In this document: piece after piece, positions 50,185-59,257 of the stretch
Layout of the letters: each line of letters starts with the position of its first letter
Numbering within the stretch: the first letter of the stretch is position 1
NCBI GenBank assembly: GCA_038247415.1
Contig: JBBRUX010000013.1
Coordinates: forward strand, 13,020-77,019
Direction: 5' to 3'
Source: Chitinivibrionales bacterium
GTDB lineage: Bacteria; Fibrobacterota; Chitinivibrionia; Chitinivibrionales; WJKA01
DNA: 64,000 nt
Translations under genes and position numbers: made by a program
Notes under the pieces: generated by a model
What the model saw: the letters and a program-made list of their open reading frames with translations, nothing else
Told to the model about the DNA's origin: nothing
Databases searched by the model: none

Positions 50185-50994
50185 ATGAGCATGCCCTCTA
50201 CACCTCCTTTTTCGGAGATCTTTACGTCTTGGGAACCACTTTTTTTTATTGCTGGTCCCTGTGTTATAGAATCCGAAGAATTATGCTTCACTATTGCGAA
50301 TGCTCTGGCACAAGCCGCGCAAAAACATTCAATTACCATTATATTCAAAGCTTCCTACGACAAAGCGAATAGAACATCGGTTACCTCTTTTCGGGGTATG
50401 GGAATGCACGAAGGACTTGCGATTCTCGATAAGATCCGCGCAAAAACTGGGCTTCCTATCATTACCGACATTCATACCGCACACGAAGCAGAAGCCGCTG
50501 GCCAAGTTGTTGACATAATACAAATTCCTGCATTCTTATGCCGTCAAACAGACCTTTTGGTTGCAGCAGGACAAACCGGTAAAATTGTCAATATTAAAAA
50601 AGGGCAATTTGCCGCCCCTGCCGACATGCGCTTTGCACTGGATAAAACAGATGCCCCGTGCATGCTTACCGAACGAGGAACTTTTTTTGGATATAACCGG
50701 CTGGTTGTCGATTACCCCGGAATGATTGAAATGCAGGCACTGGGTGTACCTGTTATTTTTGATGCCACGCATAGCGTACAAAAACCCGGTGGCGGGTCTG
50801 GCTGTTCTTCTGGCGATAGAACTTTGGCAATCCCACTGGCTCGCGCTGCAGCAGCCATAGGTGTTGATGGGCTCTTCTTTGAAGTACATCCCAATCCCGA
50901 AAGTGCCCTCTGCGATCGCGATAATACTGTGGCCCTGGATTCTTTCATACAAGAGCTACCCCGCCTCTTAGCCCTTAAACATCAGGTACTATAA
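50185..50994 (+). CDS. kdsA: KDO8P synthase
   Basis: IAGPCVIE, KASYDKANRTS, QIPAFLCRQTDL, KKGQF, DATHSVQ, EVHP. Confidence 0.97.
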   Translation: MSMPSTPPFSEIFTSWEPLFFIAGPCVIESEELCFTIANALAQAAQKHSITIIFKASYDKANRTSVTSFRGMGMHEGLAILDKIRAKTGLPIITDIHTAHEAEAAGQVVDIIQIPAFLCRQTDLLVAAGQTGKIVNIKKGQFAAPADMRFALDKTDAPCMLTERGTFFGYNRLVVDYPGMIEMQALGVPVIFDATHSVQKPGGGSGCSSGDRTLAIPLARAAAAIGVDGLFFEVHPNPESALCDRDNTVALDSFIQELPRLLALKHQVL

Positions 50995-50996
50995 GT

Positions 50997-51458
50997 ATGG
51001 ACGACGAACGTTTCATGCATGCTGCTCTTCAAGAAGCATACAAGGCTCTTGACGAAAAAGAGGTTCCCATTGGCGCCGTAATCGAGCGCAACAACACCAT
51101 TATTGGCCGAGGCTACAATCGCATCGAGCAATGCAACGATGCCACAGCACACGCAGAAATCATTGCCATAGGAGCTGCTGCACATAGCGCAGGATCATGG
51201 CGCTTAAAGGGCTGCACCCTTTACGTAACCCTTGAGCCGTGCATCATGTGTCTTGGAGCCCTTTTACAATCGCGAGTGGATCGAATAGTATACGGAACCC
51301 CCGATCCCCGCCTTGGGGCCGTGGATACTTTTTTCCATACTCAGGAACTCACAAAAGCATATGGCTATTTCCCGGTAATTACAAGCGGGATACACGGGGC
51401 CGATTGCAAAGGTATTCTGACGGAGTTTTTTGGGAAATTAAGAAAAAACAAAGAGTAA
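50997..51458 (+). CDS. tadA: tRNA adenosine(34) deaminase
   Basis: EVPIGAV, DATAHAE, TLYVTLEPCIMC. Confidence 0.93.
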   Translation: MDDERFMHAALQEAYKALDEKEVPIGAVIERNNTIIGRGYNRIEQCNDATAHAEIIAIGAAAHSAGSWRLKGCTLYVTLEPCIMCLGALLQSRVDRIVYGTPDPRLGAVDTFFHTQELTKAYGYFPVITSGIHGADCKGILTEFFGKLRKNKE

Positions 51459-51469
51459 ATTGCGTTTAT

Positions 51470-51526
51470 GCCTCACCCCCTACCCCTCTTTGTTGACAGA
51501 GAGGGGTGGCGAAGCCGGGGTGAGGC
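51470..51526. repeat. GC-rich palindromic extragenic element (REP/BoxC-like)
   Basis: Outer stem GCCTCACCCC/GGGGTGAGGC enclosing inner stem TACCCCTCT/AGAGGGGTG. Confidence 0.6.
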
Positions 51527-51693
51527 TTCAAGCGATGGGCTGCTCTGTGATTCGGGCCTTTCGGTCCCTGAGCCAGTCGAAGTGCACTCGAAGGGTACTT
51601 TTGAAAAAATTTTTCTTTTTCCCTTCCCTTTTTGTGTTTCTTTGTTTAGAATCAACAATCAGGATCGAACGTCTATAACCAAGGGGAATTCAC

Positions 51694-52020
51694 ATGATTC
51701 AATGGGAATACCAATTTTTAATTGCAGAAAAATACGGTAAAGGAATTTTTGGATTTGTGCTACCCAAAGAAATATCCTGGAAAGTTCACTACGTCAATGG
51801 CAAGCAGCAAAACAACTGGTCTGATATTACTCTCTATAATTACCTGAACAAAGCCGGCAAAGACGGATGGGAAGTTATTAACCTAGCCCCGCACATGACG
51901 ATGCGCACTGGCACCTTGCCCATCGAGCACCTATACATTATATTAAAAAGGCCAAGAACCGATGACCCAAAACAACAATCATCACAAACCGACACATTTT
52001 CTATGGTTTCCGACAAATAA
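51694..52020 (+). CDS. Small hypothetical protein (DUF4177-like)
   Basis: QWEY...YLNKAGKDGWEVI...LKRP pattern; RBS AAGGGG. Confidence 0.6.
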   Translation: MIQWEYQFLIAEKYGKGIFGFVLPKEISWKVHYVNGKQQNNWSDITLYNYLNKAGKDGWEVINLAPHMTMRTGTLPIEHLYIILKRPRTDDPKQQSSQTDTFSMVSDK

Positions 52021-52032
52021 CGCAAATAGTTC

Positions 52033-52061
52033 TTGACTCATTTTTGTACGCAAGATATTAT
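52033..52061 (+). promoter_or_regulatory. sigma70 promoter of the pilin gene
   Basis: TTGACT-17 bp-TATTAT. Confidence 0.65.
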
Positions 52062-52222
52062 ATAACTAGATCTTTCACTAACAGTGGGGCTTTTGGCCCG
52101 GAAAGGGGGAAGCTGAAATAGACGGTTTTTATAAGTCTATTGTCAGACTTGGTTTTGTTTGCTGATTTGCTTCTGGTTTTTAATCTGTAGTTTTTATTTT
52201 TAATTTTTTTTGGAGGATTATC

Positions 52223-52651
52223 ATGAAGGCTCTCAAACAAAATGGCTTCACTCTTGTTGAACTTATGATTGTTATTGTTATCGTTGGTATTTTGGCTGCA
52301 GTTGCGATTCCTAAGTTTTCGGCTGCGTCGGATAAGGCGAAGGCGTCGGAATGTCCAACTATGCTATCAGCTATTTTTCAATCAGAGGAAACTTACAAAG
52401 CTGATAATGGTGTTTATCCAGCAACACTTGTAATTTTGAATGCTGCAAATACTGATCAATTGCCTTTAACAACTGCCTGGTTTGAGTATTCTTCAGTTTC
52501 AGCCGCTCCATTTTCTACATTTACCGGCATGGGAAAAGTTAAAGTTGCTTTTGGAAAAACGACACCTGCAGATAATGCAACCATAAAAGAAGATGGAACA
52601 AAACTTGTTACCGGTGCTGAACTTAAAAAACTAATACCAGCCTGGAAGTAA
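52223..52651 (+). CDS. Type IV pilin (probable major pilin)
   Basis: Class III signal G|FTLVELMIVIVIVGILAAVAIP; strong RBS GGAGG; own promoter and terminator. Confidence 0.92.
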   Translation: MKALKQNGFTLVELMIVIVIVGILAAVAIPKFSAASDKAKASECPTMLSAIFQSEETYKADNGVYPATLVILNAANTDQLPLTTAWFEYSSVSAAPFSTFTGMGKVKVAFGKTTPADNATIKEDGTKLVTGAELKKLIPAWK

Positions 52652-52678
52652 TAACGTCTTGCTAATTTCTTAGCTTGC

Positions 52679-52713
52679 AAAGAGCCGATGCCTTAAGCAT
52701 CGGCTCTTTTTTT
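52679..52713 (+). terminator. Intrinsic (likely bidirectional) terminator between pilin and gltD
   Basis: AAAGAGCCGATGC-CTTAA-GCATCGGCTCTTT followed by a T run. Confidence 0.9.
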
Positions 52714-52882
52714 ATCCCTCCTCTTATCTTCCTACGGTCAATAATCCTACTGTCAATTATTCGATACAGAAACAAAATCAATTTCATTTCATTGGCGGTT
52801 ACAATGATTGTTCGCTCTTGATTCGTGCGGGGTGGCTTTCTTTACATTTAAAACCTCTCCCCCTGCCCTTATTTATTGCTAT

Positions 52883-54316
52883 CTATTTTTTCTTAGCCAA
52901 ATAAGCATCAACCGATTCCGCAGCCTGGCGGCCATGGAATATCGCACGTACCACAAGCGACGCGCCTGTTCCTGCATCGCCCGCTACAAACACACCATCT
53001 GCAGACGTAGAATAGTCTGCTTTAGAGCCGATATTACCACGCGGATCGAATGTTACACCCATCTGCTGGAGAAAAGCATCGTGCTCGACATGAACAAAAC
53101 CCATAGCAAGAAGAACAAGGTCAACCTTTAAGGAAAATTCCGAATCCTTAACGTTCATTGGACCAAATTTCTTGGTAGCAGGATCGGTTTTCCATTCAAC
53201 ACGGCTAAAATGTGCTTCTGTCAATGTGCCATCTTTGCCATCAAATCGCTTGGTCTCGATGCTCCAATCGCGTTCGCAGCCTTCTTCGTGAGAAGTACCT
53301 GTGCGCAAAATGTGGGGCCAATAGGGCCAGTTTGGATTAGTTGGCTCATCCCATGTCATTGGCTTTGGCATGATTTCGTACTGATATACCTTTTTAGCCT
53401 TTTGACGAATGGCAGTGCCAACACAATCGGCACCGGTATCGCCTCCACCAATGACCAGAACATTTTTGCCTTTTGCAGAGATAATCTTGTCTTCGGTGAT
53501 TTCGCCAGCAATAAACCTATTCGACAAAACAAGATATTCCATGGCATAGTGAACACCCGAAAGCTCGCGACCAGGAATAACCAAATCACGAGGTTGGCCA
53601 GCCCCCATGGTGAGGACGATTGCATCGAAACTATTGCGAAGATAGCGAATTGACACATCGGTTCCTACCGCAACGCTTGTTTCAAATACTACCCCTTCGG
53701 CAGCCATCTGTTCCATGCGACGATCGATAATATTTTTTTCGAGTTTGAAATCGGGAATGCCATATCGAAGCAATCCACCAATTTTTTCATTCTTTTCGAA
53801 AAGCGTAACCGAATGACCCATACGTCGCAACTGCTGTGCGGCCGAAAGCCCTGCAGGACCAGAGCCAACAACAGCAACGCGCTTGCCTGTTTCGTGAGTT
53901 GGAGGAACTGGCACAACCCAGCCATTAGCCCATGCTTTTTCTATAATTGCAAGCTCAATTTGCTTAATGGTGACGGGGCTTGTATTGATAGAAAGCGTAC
54001 ACGCGGTTTCACAGGGAGCAGGACAAATGCGACCCGTAATTTCTGGGAGCGTATTGGTCATTTCAAGCCGTTCCCAGGCTTCGCGCCATTTGTTTTTGTA
54101 TACAAGATCGTTCCACTCGGGTATAACATTGTATACGGGACACCCCATAGAATGACAATACGGAATACCGCAATCCATGCACCGCGCGCCCTGCGTAGCA
54201 AGTTCCGCATCGGGTTGCAGCTCTGTAAATTCGCGATAGTTCTCAATGCGTTCGGCTACGGGCCGTACCGTATAATTTTTGCGTGTATAGTCGATAAAAC
54301 CAGTTGCTTTTCCCAT
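52883..54316 (-). CDS. gltD: Glutamate synthase small subunit
   Basis: MGKATGF, RCMDCGIPYC, GRICPAPCE, GSGPAG, GGGDTG.DC, SLVVRAI. Confidence 0.97.
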   Translation of the reverse strand: MGKATGFIDYTRKNYTVRPVAERIENYREFTELQPDAELATQGARCMDCGIPYCHSMGCPVYNVIPEWNDLVYKNKWREAWERLEMTNTLPEITGRICPAPCETACTLSINTSPVTIKQIELAIIEKAWANGWVVPVPPTHETGKRVAVVGSGPAGLSAAQQLRRMGHSVTLFEKNEKIGGLLRYGIPDFKLEKNIIDRRMEQMAAEGVVFETSVAVGTDVSIRYLRNSFDAIVLTMGAGQPRDLVIPGRELSGVHYAMEYLVLSNRFIAGEITEDKIISAKGKNVLVIGGGDTGADCVGTAIRQKAKKVYQYEIMPKPMTWDEPTNPNWPYWPHILRTGTSHEEGCERDWSIETKRFDGKDGTLTEAHFSRVEWKTDPATKKFGPMNVKDSEFSLKVDLVLLAMGFVHVEHDAFLQQMGVTFDPRGNIGSKADYSTSADGVFVAGDAGTGASLVVRAIFHGRQAAESVDAYLAKKK

Positions 54317-57300
54317 TATCTGAACACCTCCTCGGTCATCCCTACCACTTCGGTATTTTTAGATTCTTCTTTACGCATGCGTTCCAGTGCGAGGCGATAA
54401 TCCATAGGCATTACCCGCACAAACTGCGGAAGCATTGCCGACCAGTCGCGCAAAAGTCGCGATGCGTATTCACTATTAGTAAATTTGACATGATTAGAAA
54501 TCGTGGTGTATAAAAACTCCTGTTCTTTCTTTTCGAGAACAGGCTCGATATCCACCATTTCGAGATTACAGCAGGTATCAAAAAGCTGATTGTCATCGAG
54601 AACATAGGCTATGCCACCACTCATACCGGCAGCGAAATTAATACCTGTTCTTCCCAGAACAATAATGCGACCTCCGGTCATGTATTCGCAGGCATGATCG
54701 CCCACTCCCTCAACAACCGCAAGGGCCCCGCTATTACGAACTGCAAAACGCTCCCCTGCCATACCATTGATATAAGCCTCGCCCGATGTTGCTCCAAAAA
54801 GGTTTACATTACCCGTAATGCTATTATTCTCGGGTCTGAATGTGGAACCCTTTGGAGGGTAAACAATGAGCTTTCCACCAGAAAGACCTTTTCCAAAGTA
54901 GTCGTTGGCATCGCCCTCAAGTTCGAAGGTAATACCTGGAGCCAGAAACGCACCAAAACTCTGACCAGCCGAGCCATTGAATTTACATTTAATAGTATCT
55001 TCGGGCAATCCGTGAGATCCGTGCCGTTTAGCAACTTCAGAAGATAAGGTTGTACCAACAGTTCTGTTATAATTTTTGATAGAAGCAAAAATAGTAACCG
55101 GTGTTTTATCCACGAGTGCTTTTTCCGATTGCTTGACAAGTTCAGGATCAAGCGACAACGAAAAGTCGGGTTTTTGACGTTCAATGCAGCGAACCTGACC
55201 ACCTTGTGGAGTTTCTACTTTGGTAAGAACCTTAGAGAAATCGAGTCCTTGAGCTTTCCAATGCGAAATTGCCTGATTAGAATCTATCACATCCACCTGG
55301 CCAATCATCTCATCAAACGTGCGAAATCCCAGAGTCGCCATATACTCACGTGCTTCCTGCGCAATAAAGCGCATAAAATTAATGAGATGTTCAGGCTTAC
55401 CAGTAAAACGGCTGCGTAAGCGTTCATCTTGGGTTGCAACTCCCACAGGGCAGGTATTAAGATGACATTTGCGCATCATGATACATCCCAAAGTTACAAG
55501 CGATACGGTACCAAAACCATATTCTTCGGCTCCAAGAAGAGCAGCAATAACAACATCGCGTCCGGTTCTCATTTGTCCGTCTGTTTGAATACGAATGCGC
55601 CCGCGCAGCTTATTGAGAACCAGCGTTTGCTGAGTTTCTGCCAACCCAATTTCCCAGGGAATTCCGGCATATTTAATAGATGAAATTGGCGAAGCACCCG
55701 TGCCACCATCATGCCCCGAAATTAATACCATGTCGGCGCGTCCCTTAGCAACACCTGCGGCAACCGTTCCAACACCAACTTCGGCAACAAGCTTTACCGA
55801 TACGCGTGCAGCAGGATTGGCATTCTTAAGATCGAATATGAGCTGCGCCAAATCTTCGATTGAATAAATATCGTGATGCGGTGGTGGCGAGATGAGCATA
55901 ACACCCGGTGTTGAATGGCGAACCTTTGCTATCACTTCGTTTACCTTATCGCCGGGAAGCTGTCCACCCTCACCTGGTTTTGCCCCTTGAGCCATCTTGA
56001 TTTGCAATTCCTGAGAATTGACAAGATAATGAATAGTTACACCAAACCGGCCCGATGCAACTTGCTTAATGGCACTGCGAGCCGAATCTCCATTAGGCAA
56101 CGGAATATAACGGGCTTCGTCTTCGCCGCCTTCACCGGAGTTGCTTGCTGCACCAATTCTATTCATGGCGATTGCCATGGTCTCGTGGGCTTCTTTGGAT
56201 ATAGAACCAAATGACATTGCACTAGACACAAAGCGCTTTACAATAGATTCAACCGGCTCCACTTCGTCGATAGGAACTGGTGTTCGTTCTTTAAAGGTAA
56301 ATAACCCGCGCAACGTGCAGAGGTTTTTAGACACATCGCCTATAAGCGATGAATACTGCTTATACACTGCATAATCACCACCTCTGGTTGCTTTTTGCAG
56401 CAGTGCAATAGCTTCGGGAGAAAAAAGGTGCTTCTCTGAAAAACTACGGAAATGAATATTGCCACCCGAATCGATCGGTTTTTGCACGCGATTTATATCG
56501 AAAGCTTCTTCGTGACGTTCGCGCGACTCGCGGGCAATTGATTCTATCCCAACGCCCTCAATACGCGTTGGCGTCCCTGGAAAATATTTATCCACAAGAT
56601 CTGAATTAAGTCCCACCACTTCAAAAACCTGAGCGCTCTTATACGAACGAATGGTTGAAATGCCCATTTTCGACATTACTTTGAGCAAACCTTTTTTAAT
56701 GGCAGTGATATAATTTTCGATGGCATTTTCTATTGTCAATGTCGCAGGAAGCGTATTGTTTTCTTTAAGAACAACAAGTGTTTCAAATGCAAGATACGGA
56801 TTTATGGCACTGGCGCCATACCCTATGAGCGTTGCAAAATGCATGACTTCGCGAGCCTCACCCGTTTCAACAACAAGCCCTGTAAGTTGACGCTTACCAC
56901 ACACCACTAAATGATGGTGCACAGCCGCAACTGCCATAAGCGCCGGAATAGGAATATGCTCCTTATTCACAAGCCGATCCGAAAGAATGAGCATCGAACA
57001 ACCTTCATCAACTTTCTTTTCGGCCGCAGCGCACAGATTGTTAAGTGCACCTTCCAGACCACCGTCGGTGGCTTTAGCACTAAACAGAATTGATAATTCG
57101 CCAACAGAAAAACCTGTGAGCTTAACTGTACGCAACTTTTCGAGATCCTGATTCGTTAAAATCGGATGCGGCAATTTAAGCTGTTTGCAATGCTCTGCGG
57201 TTTCGCTTAAAAGATTGTGCTCACGTCCAATAAAGCTCATGAGCGACATAACCAGATTTTCTCGGTAAGGATCGATAGGAGGATTTGTCACCTGTGCAAA

Positions 57301-58845
57301 GAGCTGCTTAAAATATGCATAAATCAACTGCGGCCGTTCCGATAGCACTGCAAGAGCTGCATCGTTGCCCATTGAACCGATAGGTTCCTGACCACTTATC
57401 GCCATTGGTGCAATGGTCATATTCATATCTTCGAGCGTGTATCCAAAGACCATGTGACGAATGCGAATTGCTTCGTAGTCTACCGATACGGCCATAGGTG
57501 ATTCGAACAAACCCTTAAGCTCGATGCGATTAGATTCAACCCAACGACGATAGGGCTTTTGACGGGATATGGTTGCTTTAATTTCATTGTCGTAAACAAC
57601 TCTACCGATAGCGGTATCTACAAGAAGCATTTTTCCCGGCGCAAGTCGCCCCTTCTGTAAAACATCTTCCGGTGCAAATTCGAGAACCCCAACTTCGGAG
57701 GCACATACAAGCTTGCCACTTTTAGTAATAACAAAACGAGACGGTCGCAAACCATTACGATCTAGGGTTGCTCCAACTTTAATGCCATCGGTAAACGCCA
57801 ATGCAGCGGGACCATCCCATGGTTCCATGATTGCAGCATGATATTCGTAAAACGAGCGTTTATCTTGACTGATATGATACTTCTGGCCAAACGCTTCAGG
57901 AACCATCATCATCATAGTGTGTTCGATAGATCTTCCGCCGCGCGTAACAAGCTCAAAAACATTATCAAGCATACCGGAATCGCTCTGCTCTGGCTGAATA
58001 ATAGGAACAAGCTTGGCCAGTTCATCGCCAAAAAGTGGGGAAGAAAGAGATGCCTCACGAGCCTTCATTTTATTGATGTTTCCGCGAAGCGTATTAATTT
58101 CACCATTATGCGCAAGGAACCGAAATGGTTGCGCCAAAGGCCACGATGGAAATGTGTTAGTAGAATATCGCTGATGAATCAGTGCAATCGCACTTGTAAA
58201 GTCTGTATCCGAAAGATCGGGATAAAACGCCTCTATCTGAAAACCAACAAACATTCCCTTGTAAACAATAGTGCGCGAAGAAAGCGATGAAAAATAAAGC
58301 TGCTCAATAGGCAAGTCGTTATTGCGTGCAGCACTTTCGAGGCACTTTCGAATGACATATAATGTGCGTTCGAGCGCATCACCGCTAAGCCCTGCGCACG
58401 TAAGAAAAACCTGCGCAATAAAAGGCATCGAATCACGGGCCATCTCACCCAGACAGTCGGGATTAACCGGAACATCGCGCCACCCTAAAACCGATCCGCC
58501 TTCCGAAACAATAACCTTTTCAATGAGTGCAACGGTCTTTTTACGAAGGGTTTCGTCCAGGGGCAAGAAAACCATACCAACGCCATAAGAACCTTCTGCG
58601 CCAAGCGCGAACTTTTTAGCCTTGGCTTCTTTTGAAAAAAAAGCATGCGGGATCTGTGTAAGCAAACCAGCGCCGTCGCCAGTCTTAAGATCTCCACCTA
58701 CCGCACCACGATGAACCAGATTTTTAAGAATTGTAATTCCATCTACTACAATCTGATGACTTTTTTCACCATTAATGGTTACAACAAACCCAACACCGCA
58801 ACTGTCATGTTCGAATGCCGGATCGTAGAGCCCTTGTTTCTTCAT
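54316..58845 (-). CDS. gltB: Glutamate synthase large subunit
   Basis: EHDSCGVG, HQRYSTNTFP, QIKMAQGAKPGEGGQL, CIMMRKCHLNTCPVG, GXGXG domain. Confidence 0.99.
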   Translation of the reverse strand: MKKQGLYDPAFEHDSCGVGFVVTINGEKSHQIVVDGITILKNLVHRGAVGGDLKTGDGAGLLTQIPHAFFSKEAKAKKFALGAEGSYGVGMVFLPLDETLRKKTVALIEKVIVSEGGSVLGWRDVPVNPDCLGEMARDSMPFIAQVFLTCAGLSGDALERTLYVIRKCLESAARNNDLPIEQLYFSSLSSRTIVYKGMFVGFQIEAFYPDLSDTDFTSAIALIHQRYSTNTFPSWPLAQPFRFLAHNGEINTLRGNINKMKAREASLSSPLFGDELAKLVPIIQPEQSDSGMLDNVFELVTRGGRSIEHTMMMMVPEAFGQKYHISQDKRSFYEYHAAIMEPWDGPAALAFTDGIKVGATLDRNGLRPSRFVITKSGKLVCASEVGVLEFAPEDVLQKGRLAPGKMLLVDTAIGRVVYDNEIKATISRQKPYRRWVESNRIELKGLFESPMAVSVDYEAIRIRHMVFGYTLEDMNMTIAPMAISGQEPIGSMGNDAALAVLSERPQLIYAYFKQLFAQVTNPPIDPYRENLVMSLMSFIGREHNLLSETAEHCKQLKLPHPILTNQDLEKLRTVKLTGFSVGELSILFSAKATDGGLEGALNNLCAAAEKKVDEGCSMLILSDRLVNKEHIPIPALMAVAAVHHHLVVCGKRQLTGLVVETGEAREVMHFATLIGYGASAINPYLAFETLVVLKENNTLPATLTIENAIENYITAIKKGLLKVMSKMGISTIRSYKSAQVFEVVGLNSDLVDKYFPGTPTRIEGVGIESIARESRERHEEAFDINRVQKPIDSGGNIHFRSFSEKHLFSPEAIALLQKATRGGDYAVYKQYSSLIGDVSKNLCTLRGLFTFKERTPVPIDEVEPVESIVKRFVSSAMSFGSISKEAHETMAIAMNRIGAASNSGEGGEDEARYIPLPNGDSARSAIKQVASGRFGVTIHYLVNSQELQIKMAQGAKPGEGGQLPGDKVNEVIAKVRHSTPGVMLISPPPHHDIYSIEDLAQLIFDLKNANPAARVSVKLVAEVGVGTVAAGVAKGRADMVLISGHDGGTGASPISSIKYAGIPWEIGLAETQQTLVLNKLRGRIRIQTDGQMRTGRDVVIAALLGAEEYGFGTVSLVTLGCIMMRKCHLNTCPVGVATQDERLRSRFTGKPEHLINFMRFIAQEAREYMATLGFRTFDEMIGQVDVIDSNQAISHWKAQGLDFSKVLTKVETPQGGQVRCIERQKPDFSLSLDPELVKQSEKALVDKTPVTIFASIKNYNRTVGTTLSSEVAKRHGSHGLPEDTIKCKFNGSAGQSFGAFLAPGITFELEGDANDYFGKGLSGGKLIVYPPKGSTFRPENNSITGNVNLFGATSGEAYINGMAGERFAVRNSGALAVVEGVGDHACEYMTGGRIIVLGRTGINFAAGMSGGIAYVLDDNQLFDTCCNLEMVDIEPVLEKKEQEFLYTTISNHVKFTNSEYASRLLRDWSAMLPQFVRVMPMDYRLALERMRKEESKNTEVVGMTEEVFR

Positions 58846-59054
58846 GAACCTACCCTTGGTTAATAAGGTGTATTATATTGTATAAGTAATTGTTACTATC
58901 GTACTAGAGAGCATCTAAAATATACTCGACGTATAAAAAATGCGCGTTAAAAAATAGTTCAATTCTGTACTTAATCAAAAGTTTTTTTGCCTAATTTGTA
59001 ATTTTTTTCTGTTCATTTTCTTTAAAAGATATATTTGATAAGCTTATTATAATT

Positions 59055-59070
59055 TGCAACAAATATGCCA
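59055..59070 (-). promoter_or_regulatory. sigma54 (RpoN) -24/-12 promoter facing gltB
   Basis: Minus strand reads TGGCAT-ATTTG-TTGCA, matching TGGCAY-N5-TTGCW. Confidence 0.75.
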
Positions 59071-59111
59071 CAAAAAAGTATCACCCATTCGACATTTTTG
59101 CACCATACCGG

Positions 59112-59153
59112 TACAAAAACGTATCGTCGACCATCTCGTGATACGTTTTTGTA
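59112..59153. promoter_or_regulatory. 14-bp perfect inverted repeat, candidate activator binding sites upstream of the sigma54 promoter
   Basis: TACAAAAACGTATC-N14-GATACGTTTTTGTA. Confidence 0.5.
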
Positions 59154-59257
59154 TTTTCCTTTTTTGTTTTTAAATTCTTTGTAATCTCAACCGCGCATAA
59201 AAAAATTCTCGCAATTAAAACACTATTTTGAAACTACTTTCGTATGTATACTTATAT

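Noticed and set aside
51499..51590. Possible tRNA-Ser or SRP RNA after tadA
   Set aside because: No cloverleaf, T-loop or SRP helix-8 motif; better explained as palindromic repeats.
52030..52150. Known c-di-GMP riboswitch or SRP RNA upstream of the pilin
   Set aside because: Only short coincidental matches (CTTGACTCATTTT, CCCGGAA); the core consensus elements are missing.
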